Part shown: one piece after another, positions 35,101 through 46,646 of the stretch
Numbering within the stretch: the first letter of the stretch is position 1
How the letters are laid out: every line of letters begins with the position of its first letter
Source: Minutocellus sp. GHC0000111
Taxonomy: Eukaryota
Assembly: GCA_977018835.1 (NCBI GenBank)
Contig: OZ361261.1
Coordinates: forward strand, 186,001 to 250,000
Reading direction: 5' to 3'
Length of the DNA: 64,000 bases
Made by a program: the position numbers and the translations under genes
Notes under the pieces: model-generated
What the model saw: only the letters and a program-made list of their open reading frames with translations
What the model was told of the DNA's origin: nothing
Databases searched by the model: none

Positions 35101-35689
35101 TGGACGTAAGGCGAGGCCTGCTACCGCCAGTAGAACGACGATGGCGAGGAGAGATCCATCGCCAGCATCGAGGAGAGATGCGCCGCCTGCCCAAACCAGG
35201 CCGATTGGTGCCAGTATTGGCGTTGCTACAGCTCGCTCGAACAAGATGGGCGCTTCGTCTTCAGTTGCTTCGTCTAGGCCAACCTCATCGCGAGTCGCAA
35301 ATAATAGCAGTAGCAGCAGCAGGTCCAGAAACGGCATTTCTACCGCTGTAGGGCCAGCAACATCGGCGGCTAGTAGCCATAAGCGACATATCGAACCAAC
35401 GGCGAGATTACCTATCAAAAAGCAACATTTAAGTCCAGACGAGGAGGTCGGAGTCAAAAAGGAGAGGGTTAAGCGTGCACCTGTGGGAAAGAAGGGTCTA
35501 TCTTCGACCAGAACGTCGACAAATGACGCGCCACCAGATTCACCACCTGCGTCTCGAGCAGGTGGCACCAAGAGCCTAGCTGTGGATACTACCAGGACGA
35601 CTACGAGTACTACTGCCAACCCGTTCGGAGCACTTCTATCAAAGACTCCAACGCCCAAACACACAACCAAGGAGAATAGGCCGTGGTAG
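29176..35689 (+). CDS. Kinesin-4-like motor fused to a MAP65/PRC1/Ase1-like domain (about 2020 aa)
   Basis: Exons 29176-29433, 29617-31323, 31468-32610 and 32729-35689, all phase 0 and in frame. YGQTGSGKTYTMG, SSRSHAVF, VDLAGSER, LLQDALGGNSQT; KIF4-like stalk; C-terminal LQTIWGEVG and LLKEEKFRK..LLQDWEQTEGKSF. Confidence 0.88.
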
Positions 35690-35856
35690 ATTGGAAATAG
35701 CTAGCTCCGGCATAAAATTGAAAGTATTATCTGTAATGAAAAACAGTATTTTTAGTGAGCAAGGCCCACCATACCTAGGTACCATCTCCCTTATATTCTA
35801 AACACAGCGGGGGAACTAGTCTGGAAGCCAATGATTCTCCCTTTTCTTGCACACCA

Positions 35857-38649
35857 TTACATAAGTGCACACGCACAACCCTTGTCGTCCGAGACACTTT
35901 GAATCTGATCAGTATCCATTCGGAACACGTCGCGTGAATATGCTGCAAGTTCCTCAACGATCGCCTCGAAGCTGGGTCTAGCATTCGGATTCTCGTCCCA
36001 GCATTGCTGCAAAAGCCTAGCAAGACGTTCATCCCACTCTCGGGGGATTTGCGGCCGGTCTCCTTCGACAGCGGCCTTTGTCACTGCTTTCAATCCGTTC
36101 TGAGTTGCCCATGGCGGGCGGCCCGAAAGCAAATAGTAGAAGATCATGGAGAAGGAGTATATGTCGACGGTTTCAGTGTAGCTCTCGTGGCGAAAGACTT
36201 CCGGCGCCACTGCGTAAAGAAAAGTTTTTTGAAGTAGATAGGATTCGATGCAGCGGGTTAGAAAAGATATGAAAGATTCTTGGTAAAATTAATTTTGTCT
36301 GAGAGAAAGGAAGGAGTCACTCACTGAATCGATAACTGCCAGTTTCGCCTGTCATGACGAATGCCTCCTGCTCCGTCTTTGTGGGATCAGGACGAATCTT
36401 TGCAAGTCCAAAGTCCGAGATCTTGAGGACGCCCGAGTAATCAATCAAAAGATTTGCCGGCTTTCAAGACAGGGAAGATCAAAATGTGGTGGAAAAATCA
36501 ATGTAGAAAAGTGAGAGAATGCACATAGAAAAAAATAGTGGTCAATACAATAAGAGAATGGTATGTCACCAAACATACGCCAAGTCTCACCTTCAGATCG
36601 CGGTGGATGATGGGGGGCTTGCAGGTATGAAGATAGTTCATTCCCTGGGCCAGCTGCTGTGCATAGACCACTTGCTTCCGCTTGGGCATTTTTGTGCCAT
36701 GGAGAATGTCAGCCTTGAAGATATCAAGGAGAGAACACTTCATCAGCTCAGACACCATGACCTCAAAGTTTTCCGTCGTCGAGTAAGCTAGCAACATGCA
36801 GACGTTGGGATGACGGAGCTTGCGAAGGATGGACACTTCCTGTCGGAAATCAGCCAATGCCATTGCAATTTCTTCCTCATCCATTGCATCAGAATTTGCA
36901 GCGCCGATTCGACTGCTACTGACGCCCAATGCATCAGCACCGCCATTGCTGGCCTTTCGCTCACTTTCCTTTTGCTGCTGCCACTCCTTCAGAATCTTTG
37001 TTGATTTGATGCACTTGGCGGCGACCAAAATTCCACGCCAACGGCACTTATAAATCTCTCCGAAAGCTCCGCTACCAATGCGTTCAATCATATCCAGCTC
37101 CTGAAAATCAATCAAAAGGTTGGGGTCGATGCCGACATCCTCGTCATCATCACCGCCGTTTGTGAGCGATCCCCGGTGGCTGACGACAGTGGAGTCTTGA
37201 CTCGGTTTTGCACCGTACCGTTCGAGAATCTCAGCACATTCCATAAAGTTGCGCCGAATGGCATCTTGGTGCGCCGAGTCGAAGTTTTGTATTCAAGCAA
37301 TGGCACGATGTGGTGAGAAAAACATATATTATCTAGCTAGTGTATCATGACCCAAAATGATGACTCAAACTGCGACCAAACAACATCATTCATCACACTT
37401 ACCATCGAGAGGCCGCCCGCCCCACCTGTCCTCGATGTTGACGTTGGCGCCGCGTTCACACAGAAGCTGCACCACGTCGGTATGTCCCTCTCCAGCCGCC
37501 AAGTGCAACGCAGTGCGCTTGTCGTAATCTCCAGCATTGATGTCGACGGGAGGCAGAATTTCCAGCGCCTTCTTTTGTCCCCCTTTACCTCCGCCCTTCC
37601 CATGATGCGATCCCATTCTGCGGAAGCTTCTGCCGGACGCCGACGTGCCCATACTGTAGGCACCACCGCTGCTGTTGCCAATGTGTCTACCGGAAACCGA
37701 TGACGAGTCGCCAAGAGCATCGCGGTTGGGAATGACAGCCATCAATGGGGTGAGGAGCATCCGCACCTCGTCGAGGTCGCCCTGGGCAGCGGCCGTGATG
37801 AGGTTGGACGTCTGATCGGCACTTCCCGTAGTTCCGCCCTTTTGGCGGAGATAGGTGGCCACTTCCGTCTGCCGATGGCGGTGCGCATCGTCCAATGGAC
37901 TTCCACCCCACCGATCACTACGATTAATCCGCGCCCCTCTGTGGACCAAGAGCCGAACGATGTCGAGATGTCCCTCCGATGCCGCGACGTGGAGAGCCGT
38001 CCGCCGATCACTGCGAATTTTGTGAGGAACAGTTCGTTGAATTGAATTGTATTGTTAGATACGACCGAATTGGTGGCAAAACAAATACAAAGTAAACGCA
38101 TGCAACAACTCACTAATCTCGAAAGTTGATGTGCCCCTTGTTGATCCGAAGAAGAGCCTCCACACGGGTCCGATCTCCGAGGGCACAGGCCTGCAGCAGC
38201 TTGCACCCCTCGGCGAACTCGGTAGGTGCCACCGACACGTCCTTCATGCTGGCGAGGATGCCCCCACCCTTGACGTAGCGGGTGGAATCATCGAGCCGCT
38301 CCGAACCGGTGGGCGAGCCGCCCTTGGAAAGTCTGCCGCTGCTGTCGCGACTAACGTGACCGCTCTCATCCTCCTCCTCCTCTTCCTCCGACGACAATTC
38401 CTGTTCGGCCTCCGCCTCCAGTGCAGCGATGCGAATGGAGGGCCGCCGGGTGTACGACGGGTCACGAGGCGGGGGCGGGGGCTTGCTCTTCGGTCCGCCA
38501 TTGGCTTGTGGGGACGTCGAGTTGAGGTTCGGCGGCGGCGGTGGATACGAACTTGTGCCAGGGCCCCCTTCGAGCGCAACGACGCCAGGCTCCACCCGTG
38601 GCGTGTCGTCCGGCTCTTCGGAGACGATGATGGCAGGAGCAGAGGGCAT
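35857..38649 (-). CDS. Ankyrin-repeat TKL/Raf-like protein kinase
   Basis: Five exons splice cleanly; ankyrin repeats DYDRRTALHVAASEGH and DYDKRTALHLAAGEGH; IGSGAFG, VAAK, HRDLKPANLL, DFG, GSYRFMAPE. Confidence 0.92.
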
Positions 38650-38711
38650 GATGCGTTGCTTTTTGCTGGAGTGTTCAGCAGTTTGGCTTAGCGATAGAAG
38701 CGGCTGAGAAC

Positions 38712-39008
38712 CTCGCCCTGATGATTTCACCATTTGGACCTCATTTGGGCGAGGAGTGCTGGAACATGCTGGGGCATGAGGAATCGCTCGCATACCACCC
38801 ATGGGTTGAGTACGACGAAGAATTGTGCGTCGATAATACGGTTACAATGGGCGTGCAGGTTAATGGTAAAGTGCGAGGGGAGATCGAAATTCCAAAGGAC
38901 GCCGACCAAGAGCTTGCCATGGGAGAAGCGATGAAGCAATCTCGCGTTGCCGCACAATTGGATGGCAAGGACGTTAAGAAGCGGATCCTCAACATTGTTG
39001 CCAAGTAA
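38712..39008 (+). pseudogene. leuS: C-terminal fragment of organellar (bacterial-type) leucyl-tRNA synthetase
   Basis: MISPFGPHLGEECW..VQVNGKVRG..KK RILNIV. Only the last approx. 100 aa are present, and the usual IYVPG segment before ILNIV is absent. Confidence 0.85.
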
Positions 39009-39138
39009 CTTTAACAATCATAAAAGATCTAGCTTGATTGTTTCTAATTTTATTCTCCTGGTGATACCTCTATGATGTGTACGATGACTCGCGAGCGTTG
39101 GTAGAATATCAGCTTGCAATTCATTTTATTTCCTCTCA

Positions 39139-42100
39139 CTAATTCTTCCCCTCGGCCTTGGCATGGCGAACGATGTCAGAAAAGAGTGAAGTGGGATCCT
39201 GCATGAGAGCTTTCGGGGACGAGAACTCGGCAGCCCTACCATCATCCATGACCAATATCTTATCGCTATCCAAAATAGTATTGATTCGGTGGGCAATGGT
39301 CAAGACAGTGTTGTCCGCAAACGCGGTCCGAATCGTCTTTTGAATCTCTTGGTCAGTTTCGAAGTCGAGACTGCTGGTGGCCTCATCCAAAAGCAAAATC
39401 TTGCATTTGCGAAGAAGAGCCCGGCCAAGACAAAGAAGCTGGCGTTGGCCTTGGCTCCAGTTCTCACCGTATTCAGTCACTTCGGCCATTAGACCGACTC
39501 CTAGCTCTTTGACTGTGGAAAGCATTCCACATCCCTTGAGCGCATCCCAGATGTCACCGTCACAGAATTCGTCGAAGGGGTCGAGATTACTTCTCAAGGT
39601 ACCCTCGAACATGACAGGGTTTTGCGGTACAATCCCGATCTTTTGACGGAGATCTTTCAGACCAATGCGAAGGCAGTCGATGCCATCAATTTGGATGGGC
39701 GGCTGATAATCTTTCAGCTCACCACTCAGTTCGGGCTCGACAAGGCGCATCAGCGAGACTAAGAGGGACGACTTTCCACTGCCGGTTCGACCGACGACAC
39801 CAACCTTTTCACCTGCTAGAATATTCACGTTCAGACCTTTGAGCACGATGGGCGTCTCGTCCCTGTACCGCATGTACAGATTGTTGAGCGTGATAGCGCC
39901 CTTCGCAGGCCAAGAGGAAGAAGGTCGGAGTGCAGAGCCACCAGCTGCCACAACGGCAAATGCCGATGGATCAGATGGAGAAGGGTCCGAAGGATTGCTG
40001 CGAATGCGATCTTCCAGCAGTTCCGATGTGGAAGGAGCTTCTTGCGGAATTTCTTCCGAGTAGTAGAGGACACGCTCCGAGGCGTTCATAGCAGCTTCCA
40101 AGTTGGCAAAACTTCTGACCGTCCAATTCATGAGGCCTGTTACCGAGATCGCGTAGGTGAGAGAGAGACCCGCAAGACTTGCAAAGCTGTTTCCAGTGGC
40201 GAGTCCAGAAGCAGCGCTAGCTACCGCAACATTCGACGCAAAAATTGCGGCCAATCCGGCAACAATCGATCCAAGTAATTCAAGCCGAACGGAGAGCCAT
40301 CGATCTGCCACCTTGATGCTCACGTAAGCTTTGGTATTGGTGTCGACCTTGGCGAAGAAGTCTTTGGTGAATCTATCTGATTGACCATACGCACGGATCG
40401 TGGCTAATCCACCCAAGGACTCGGAGAAGTGAGCGTATACCGGACTTCTGCTGATGGAATCAAGTCTCTTGGTCTCACGAGAAACGTCGCGGAAATAGTT
40501 GAGAACCTTCAGATAAATGATAGCAACTGAGCAAGGAAGAGAAGTGGAGTAAGTTAAGTTTTAGACGAGATAGTGGAGGTTGGTAAGTATACAATGAGGA
40601 AAGTAAAATAAAAAGACCACACGTGTAGTGCGCAGGCAAGCATGACGATGAATTTTCATCCTCTCCAAGCTACCTAGCAAGTAGTAGGTACTCACTCGGG
40701 ACAATGGCGACCCCAAACCACGGTGTTGCGAATGTTATAGTACCCAGGCTTACAACCACGTACAGGCTGCACCACAGGAAAAAGTCCAAAACTTCCGAGA
40801 GTTCTGAGTCAATGCTGAAGAGGTCCTTCGAGAATCTACTGATGATCCTTCCTGTTGGAGTCGTATCGAAGAACGACATTGGTGCCTTCAAAATGGAGGA
40901 CAACAAGTCGTCGTGCATCTTCTGACTTGCTCTCACTCCAAACAAGGCGAGATTGAGGGAACGCACGAATGTCACGATCCCAAGAACAACCGCAGTTCCT
41001 GCATACAGGCCCATGTAGAACCCAATTGGAAACTTTTCATACGATGAGTCGGCGGTCCACAGGGAGATCATCGACGTCTTCCAGAGCTCAACGGCAGCAC
41101 ACAGCACAAAGGTGAAGTAAACGAACGTAAATCGGACATTTCCTCCGCCAGCGGCAAAATACTTGCGATAGACCTGCCACTTCACAGCTCCAAGCGCACG
41201 CTCTTCCTTTGTAACGAGAGCACCATCTTTCTCTGCCTTCGACTTTTCCTTTTGGGGATCCGATGGCGCATCATTGGAGCCTCCGGCATTGTTTTGGGTA
41301 TTTTCGCCCGGATTTGCTCCGACGTCGTCGCTGTCATTACTACCAGACTCTTGATGATCCTTGTCGCCGTGATCTACCTCCTTCGTCTTGGCCTCGTCGA
41401 GCTCTTTCAATAGACGCGTAACCTCTCCGTCATTCTGCAATAGCTCATTACACCGCCCCTCTTCAAGAACGCCGCCATTGCCCAAGACAACTACCTTGTC
41501 ACACTTCTTCAAGAATTGCAATTGATTTGTGACAAGAAGACGAGTCTTCTCTTTCATGAGCCCGAGGATGCACTCGGTGAAAACAAGCTCTGCAACCTTG
41601 GGATCAAGCGCGGAGAGCTGGTCATCCAAAATAATATTATCTGCTGCACTGTAGGCAGCCCGAGCTAGAGAGACGCGCTGTTTCTGGCCTCCCGATAGAT
41701 TGATTCCACGCTCGCCTTTTGTTCGAGAAGAAAATAGATTGATGCACCAAAGATAACTCGCGAGATGGTGAATAGAAGCATACGAGTAACATAATACACA
41801 TGCATAAATATAACATATGGCACTGCTCCCTGCTATGCTGGGGGCGATGCTGTAAAGCACTTACCAATTTCGCTCATGTCACCCTTGTTGAGAATGCTCA
41901 GATCCTGCTCCAACTGACACGCCTTGAGAACTCTCTGATACTTCTCTTCGTCGTAGGGAGCACCAAAGAGAATATTATCACGCACAGTAGCATTGAGGAT
42001 CCAGGCAGTTTGAGCGACGTACGCAACCCGGCCCTTGACAGCGACGCGGCCCTCGCCAAGAATACTTTCGTTCAAAATCGCAGAGCAAAGACTGCTCTTT

Positions 42101-44029
42101 CCAGATCCCACTCGACCAATTATAGCAGATAAATCGCCAGAGTCGACGTGAAAGCTGACATCACTGAGAATTGGCTTGGGATAGGCCGCAATTCCCTCCT
42201 CAGAATCTTGACTTCCGGTCTCCCGAAGCGTGGCGTCAAGAGCATGCTTGACTTCCTCTTTATCTTCATCCTTTTTGACAGAGCAGATGGGGACAGTGGG
42301 GTCACTCCAATATATCTTGGCATTCTCGACAGAGATTTCACCGCCTCCATCCCTTGCGTCGCGATGGCATTCGTACTGGCCCTTTGCACCGGGAACAGAC
42401 TCTTTAAGGCCCAAGAACGCAGATACCCGGCTAATACTAATGGACGCTTGCGCCAACTGCGCCAACGCAACAGGATAGAAGATCAGAGGGAAGCGTAGCT
42501 GGTCAAAAGCTGTAGGCAGGTGTATCACAAGAGGAAAAGGACAAAAGGAATTTGACTTTAGAGTTAGCAAGGAAACGTGACAAAAAATTTGAGTATTGAC
42601 CACACCTTCATAAGCCTTCTAGATACGAATGTTCTTACCTGCTAGCGCTGCGAAGAGAATCGACGCAGATATTGTCCCACCTGCTGCTGACGCATAGACG
42701 ATGAATGACACAACTGCCACAATGCCAGGAAGACTGCTAACTACCGATCGGGAGAAACCACGGAGTAGACTAGCAATCTTGAGATACCTCAGCTCATGGC
42801 TTCGGGTCTCAGCAATGTTCTTGGCGACTTTGTCCTCGAAGGTGCTAGTCTTGACAAACTGGATTCCTTGGATAGCCTCATTCGTTGTGCGGACTCTAGA
42901 GTCGGTATGAACGACCATCTTTCTATTGAGCCCAAACTGCTTCTGGGCAATCTTGGCTGTTGGTGGATATCGTTGTAACGAAAAGAAGGGGTGTTCGAGT
43001 TAGATGGAGAAGCAAACAATAAGTCTTGAGAAGGAAATTCAAAGAAGAGATAGAATTCTTGTATGCTCAATCACGCAACTCACCTTGAATTGGTCCAGAT
43101 AACAACAATATTGCCATACCAATGAAGCAGGGCCAGCCAATGAGCGAGTACAAAATCGCAGTATAGCCAAAGATTTGAAGCAATCCGTCCCAAAGAACGT
43201 GGATTTGGGGGACAAAGCTCTCAATCTTGGTGGCATCCACCATCATCAGATTCGTCAGTTCACCGACTGAACTGGATTTCTCCGACGAAGGTAGCCGAAG
43301 AGCCTTCTCGTAGACAGCCGCCGAGACGGCCACTCTCGCATGAATGCCACATCGATACACGAGATGAAAATAGGTGTTTTCAGTGACGGCTTTCGACGCC
43401 ATTGCTGCAAAAAGGAGAGCACTTAGCCAATATCCCTTGTTTGGACTGACATCGACACCCGCTTGACTCTCCTCAATGAATCGTAGGACAGCGCTCAACA
43501 GCAGGGGAAAGGTAAATTGAAGGCCACTATTGACCATCTTGACCAGCCCAGCAACAATGAATCGCTTTCCCATTACGGCAAATAGCGTCTTTTTGAGCTG
43601 TAGCTCCAATTCCTTCTTGGATTGTGCTGCAGCATCCCTTTTCTTCTTTCCCTTCATCTTTTTACCCGAGGTATTGCCATCGGCGTCTGCCTTGGCCGCA
43701 GCAGCCCGCTGAGCGGCCAACTTTTCCACGTTCTTGGCGTAATGTGCATCAAAGATGGAAAGTATGCGCCCTCCTTGGTCGATATTGGCCAACGGAACTA
43801 GATCGTCCTGCTGGAGGACATCGCCCTGACGACGGAGGACGGAAGCACGCGAGAATAGGGGCTGCACCCACCAGAAGATGAGACGGGAGAAAAAGTTGGC
43901 CTGCTCCTCCGGGGATGTACTTTTCCACACGGTCGCCGAAGAAGCTGGGATGATATCTTCCGAAGCGAATTGTTGCTCCTTTGAATCGGCAGGCTGGTCA
44001 TCCTGAAGTTGCTGCTTTGTGGCCGCCAT
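39139..44029 (-). CDS. ABCC/MRP-type full ABC transporter
   Basis: Five exons; NBD1 GRVGSGKSS, LSGGQKQR; NBD2 GRTGSGKSS, SQGQRQLLCL, LLDEATS, IAHR; TMD motif FFDTTPTGRI. Confidence 0.95.
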
Positions 44030-44422
44030 TTTATTTTTGGCTGACTCAGTGATATCAGAGATACCCGAGTCGAGTCGTCGAGTCGAGCCGACACGAAGAA
44101 AACGCTGCTCTGCAAAGGTCCGGCCAGCTACTACGTCGTCGTCCAACTACGTAGTAGATGCTTTGAATGAAAACAAAGCGCCGTTGCTCAGAGGCGCCCA
44201 CGTTTCGTCAATGCTGCTCATTCAGGACGATCAATGATGAAGCTTGTGGAAACCGGAGGCGAGAGTTCTAATTTTCGCCGAGCGACCAGTGCGAGCGACT
44301 GTAAACATCACCGACTGTAGACGAGACTGACTCGTCAAAAAGGGAGTGCTAACAAATTTGTGCTGAAGATCCATCATCCCCAGCCATCAGACGCTGCTCA
44401 TCCTCTCATCATTCTTCGGCAA

Positions 44423-46499
44423 GATGGCGTCTATGTTTCGCCGCTGCCGCCTACTCGTAATTGCTCTCCTCTCTTCATCATGCTCTTGGCGCCTCTGCTT
44501 TTCATGATTGCATTGAGCTATCACGAACAGGCCGAGACCGCCGCCGCAAATTCATGTCGAGGGCAATCGAAAAAGAAGGATCCAGACCCTCTTACCTGAG
44601 TGATGACAATTGTAGCGGAGGTCTATGTGTGGGCATGAAGGACGGCCCACACGAGGGAGGGGGTGCAAGCTATCCAATTGCATGGGACACGGATTTGCTT
44701 CGAGGAACTACGGTTCGCTCCACCATGACAGTGCCGCATCTCCCTACTTTGACCGATGGAATTACCTACTACATTTGGACCGACATCTTCTTTGGAGATG
44801 GCGGTCTCGGCCGGATGAATCAGTTCGTGCCACAGCTCATCCTCGGCAAAGCATTGGACGGCAGTAGTGGTCCGCCAAGTTATGAGCCCCGTTGGGGACC
44901 ACATCATGACACTTGGTCATTTGCTGCACACTACTTCTTTGAGACTTTTAATACCACTGTAAGTGCCATCGATAGCCATGCCGCCTATGGAGAATTCTAC
45001 CCAACTATACCGGGTGAGACTCTCTGGACAGAATTTCGCTTGGAAGCAGGGGGTGATGGACATGACGCTGAAACGCCCCGTTGGGTCCTGCAAATGGGTG
45101 TCGTGGGAGATCCGAGCAGAACTTCAACCTTGGTGGTTGATCGACCATACATGGGAATGGGACAAGACCCCTCGTGGGGACCAAACAAAACTCACTCCTG
45201 GTCTGAACCATCATACCACAACTTATGCATCAATTCCTGCTGGGAGCTCTATGGGGCGGATGATTCTCGTCATTTGCCTTCGTCTGGGTCTACCTACAAC
45301 ATTATTATCACACAACCAAAGCCTGATACTTTTCAATTCATGAGCGAGTGGGAGCAGGACGAAGGCAAGGTCAATGGATGCCCCTCGTCGACTGTACATG
45401 AATGGCACAACGCATCTGTTCAAACCATCCGGTGGGACATCCGTGTATATCCAAAGGATTCATACTCGTCGATAGATGATAGGAAATGGGACGATTGGAA
45501 AAGAAAATTCTCGACTTTTGACATGGGCAACAAAATAATCGAAGAGAAGAGGCGAAGAATATTCGAGGACAATTTGGTGCGCTTCTCAAATAGGGGAGAT
45601 GAATACATCGTTGATCAATTTGCTGCCCATACAAAAAAGGAATTTAGGCAGTATGGAGAAAGAGCCTGCTTACATTTATCGAAGAATGGCAAAGCCAAAA
45701 GTATTGATAGTGTCCATGGCTCCTCAAAGTTTTCATGTCAGATGCTTGATGCCGTTGATTTCACATTCAAATTTCGGGTGGATAACCCGTCTGAAATCGA
45801 TTACCGAGGCACGCAGTCGACTCGAAGAATCAGGGAGCTTTTGGAACTAGTTGGAGCTTTGGATTCGTTGAGACGATTGAAGGCCTGGGAGTGCGACAAG
45901 GGCATAACCTTCAAAATGTCTCCAACCAAGAGGTAATTGACTGCTGCCCTAAATGCAGAGGAGCAGCGCAAGATGCCTCTTTCGATTACGTAATTCGCAA
46001 CCATTACACACACGGGCGACTATCGAGAGAGGAAGCTTATCCATACCAAGGTTCACCCGGGAATTGCTCCAGTGCATCGGTCAAGCGCCGTAACCTTGCA
46101 CTGGCAAAGGTTGGAGGCTGTGTCCGAGTATACGATGATGCAGAGAAAACAGGCCATCCAATTCTCTTCGCATTGTCGATTCTCGGCCCTGCTGCTTTCG
46201 GAATAGATGCCTCATGTCTTCAGGGCTACAAAGGTGGCGTCATATCAAATTGCACCGACAATCGAATCAATCACGAGGTTTTGCTCGTGGGTGCCGGCGT
46301 AGACGACGAGAGTGGAACTCCATTTTTCCGAGCAAAGAATTCTTGGGGTAGTCAGTGGGGCGAAAATGGTTATTTTAGATTTGCCCAAACGGGTGGCCAA
46401 CTTGGATTCGGCTCTGTAATCTTTGCAACATCCAGAGCTGTTAGTACCGACGAATTCACAGCAAGTATGGAACAAGGAGCTCAATCGGTGGCATCATAA
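44423..46499 (+). pseudogene. Papain-family (C1A) protease-like gene with an extra N-terminal domain; frameshifted, catalytic Cys replaced by Ser
   Basis: I29-like prodomain (EEKRRRIFEDN..QFAAHTKKEF), KNQGAFGTSWSF, SNQEVIDC, NHEVLLVG, KNSWGSQWGENGYF. Frameshifts near 44460-44480 and 45820. Confidence 0.75.
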
Positions 46500-46569
46500 T
46501 TCTTCGTAGTACAGCAAATTTTCTTGTTCATTACTCCATCTATTTCTCCTACGTAGTAGGTAGATCTAG

Positions 46570-46643
46570 AAAACTATCGAGCTAGCTACGTAGCTTCTAC
46601 GTAGCTAAAACTATCTAGCTAGCTACGTAGCTTCTACTTAGCT
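46570..46643. repeat. Tandem duplication of a 37-bp TAGCTA-rich unit
   Basis: AAAACTATCGAGCTAGCTACGTAGCTTCTACGTAGCT x2 with two mismatches. Confidence 0.85.
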
Positions 46644-46646
46644 AGG

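Noticed and set aside
41610..41640. ABCC NBD1 Walker B/D-loop variant ILDDQLSALD
   Set aside because: NBD1 of ABCC proteins is normally degenerate; one substitution supports no claim.
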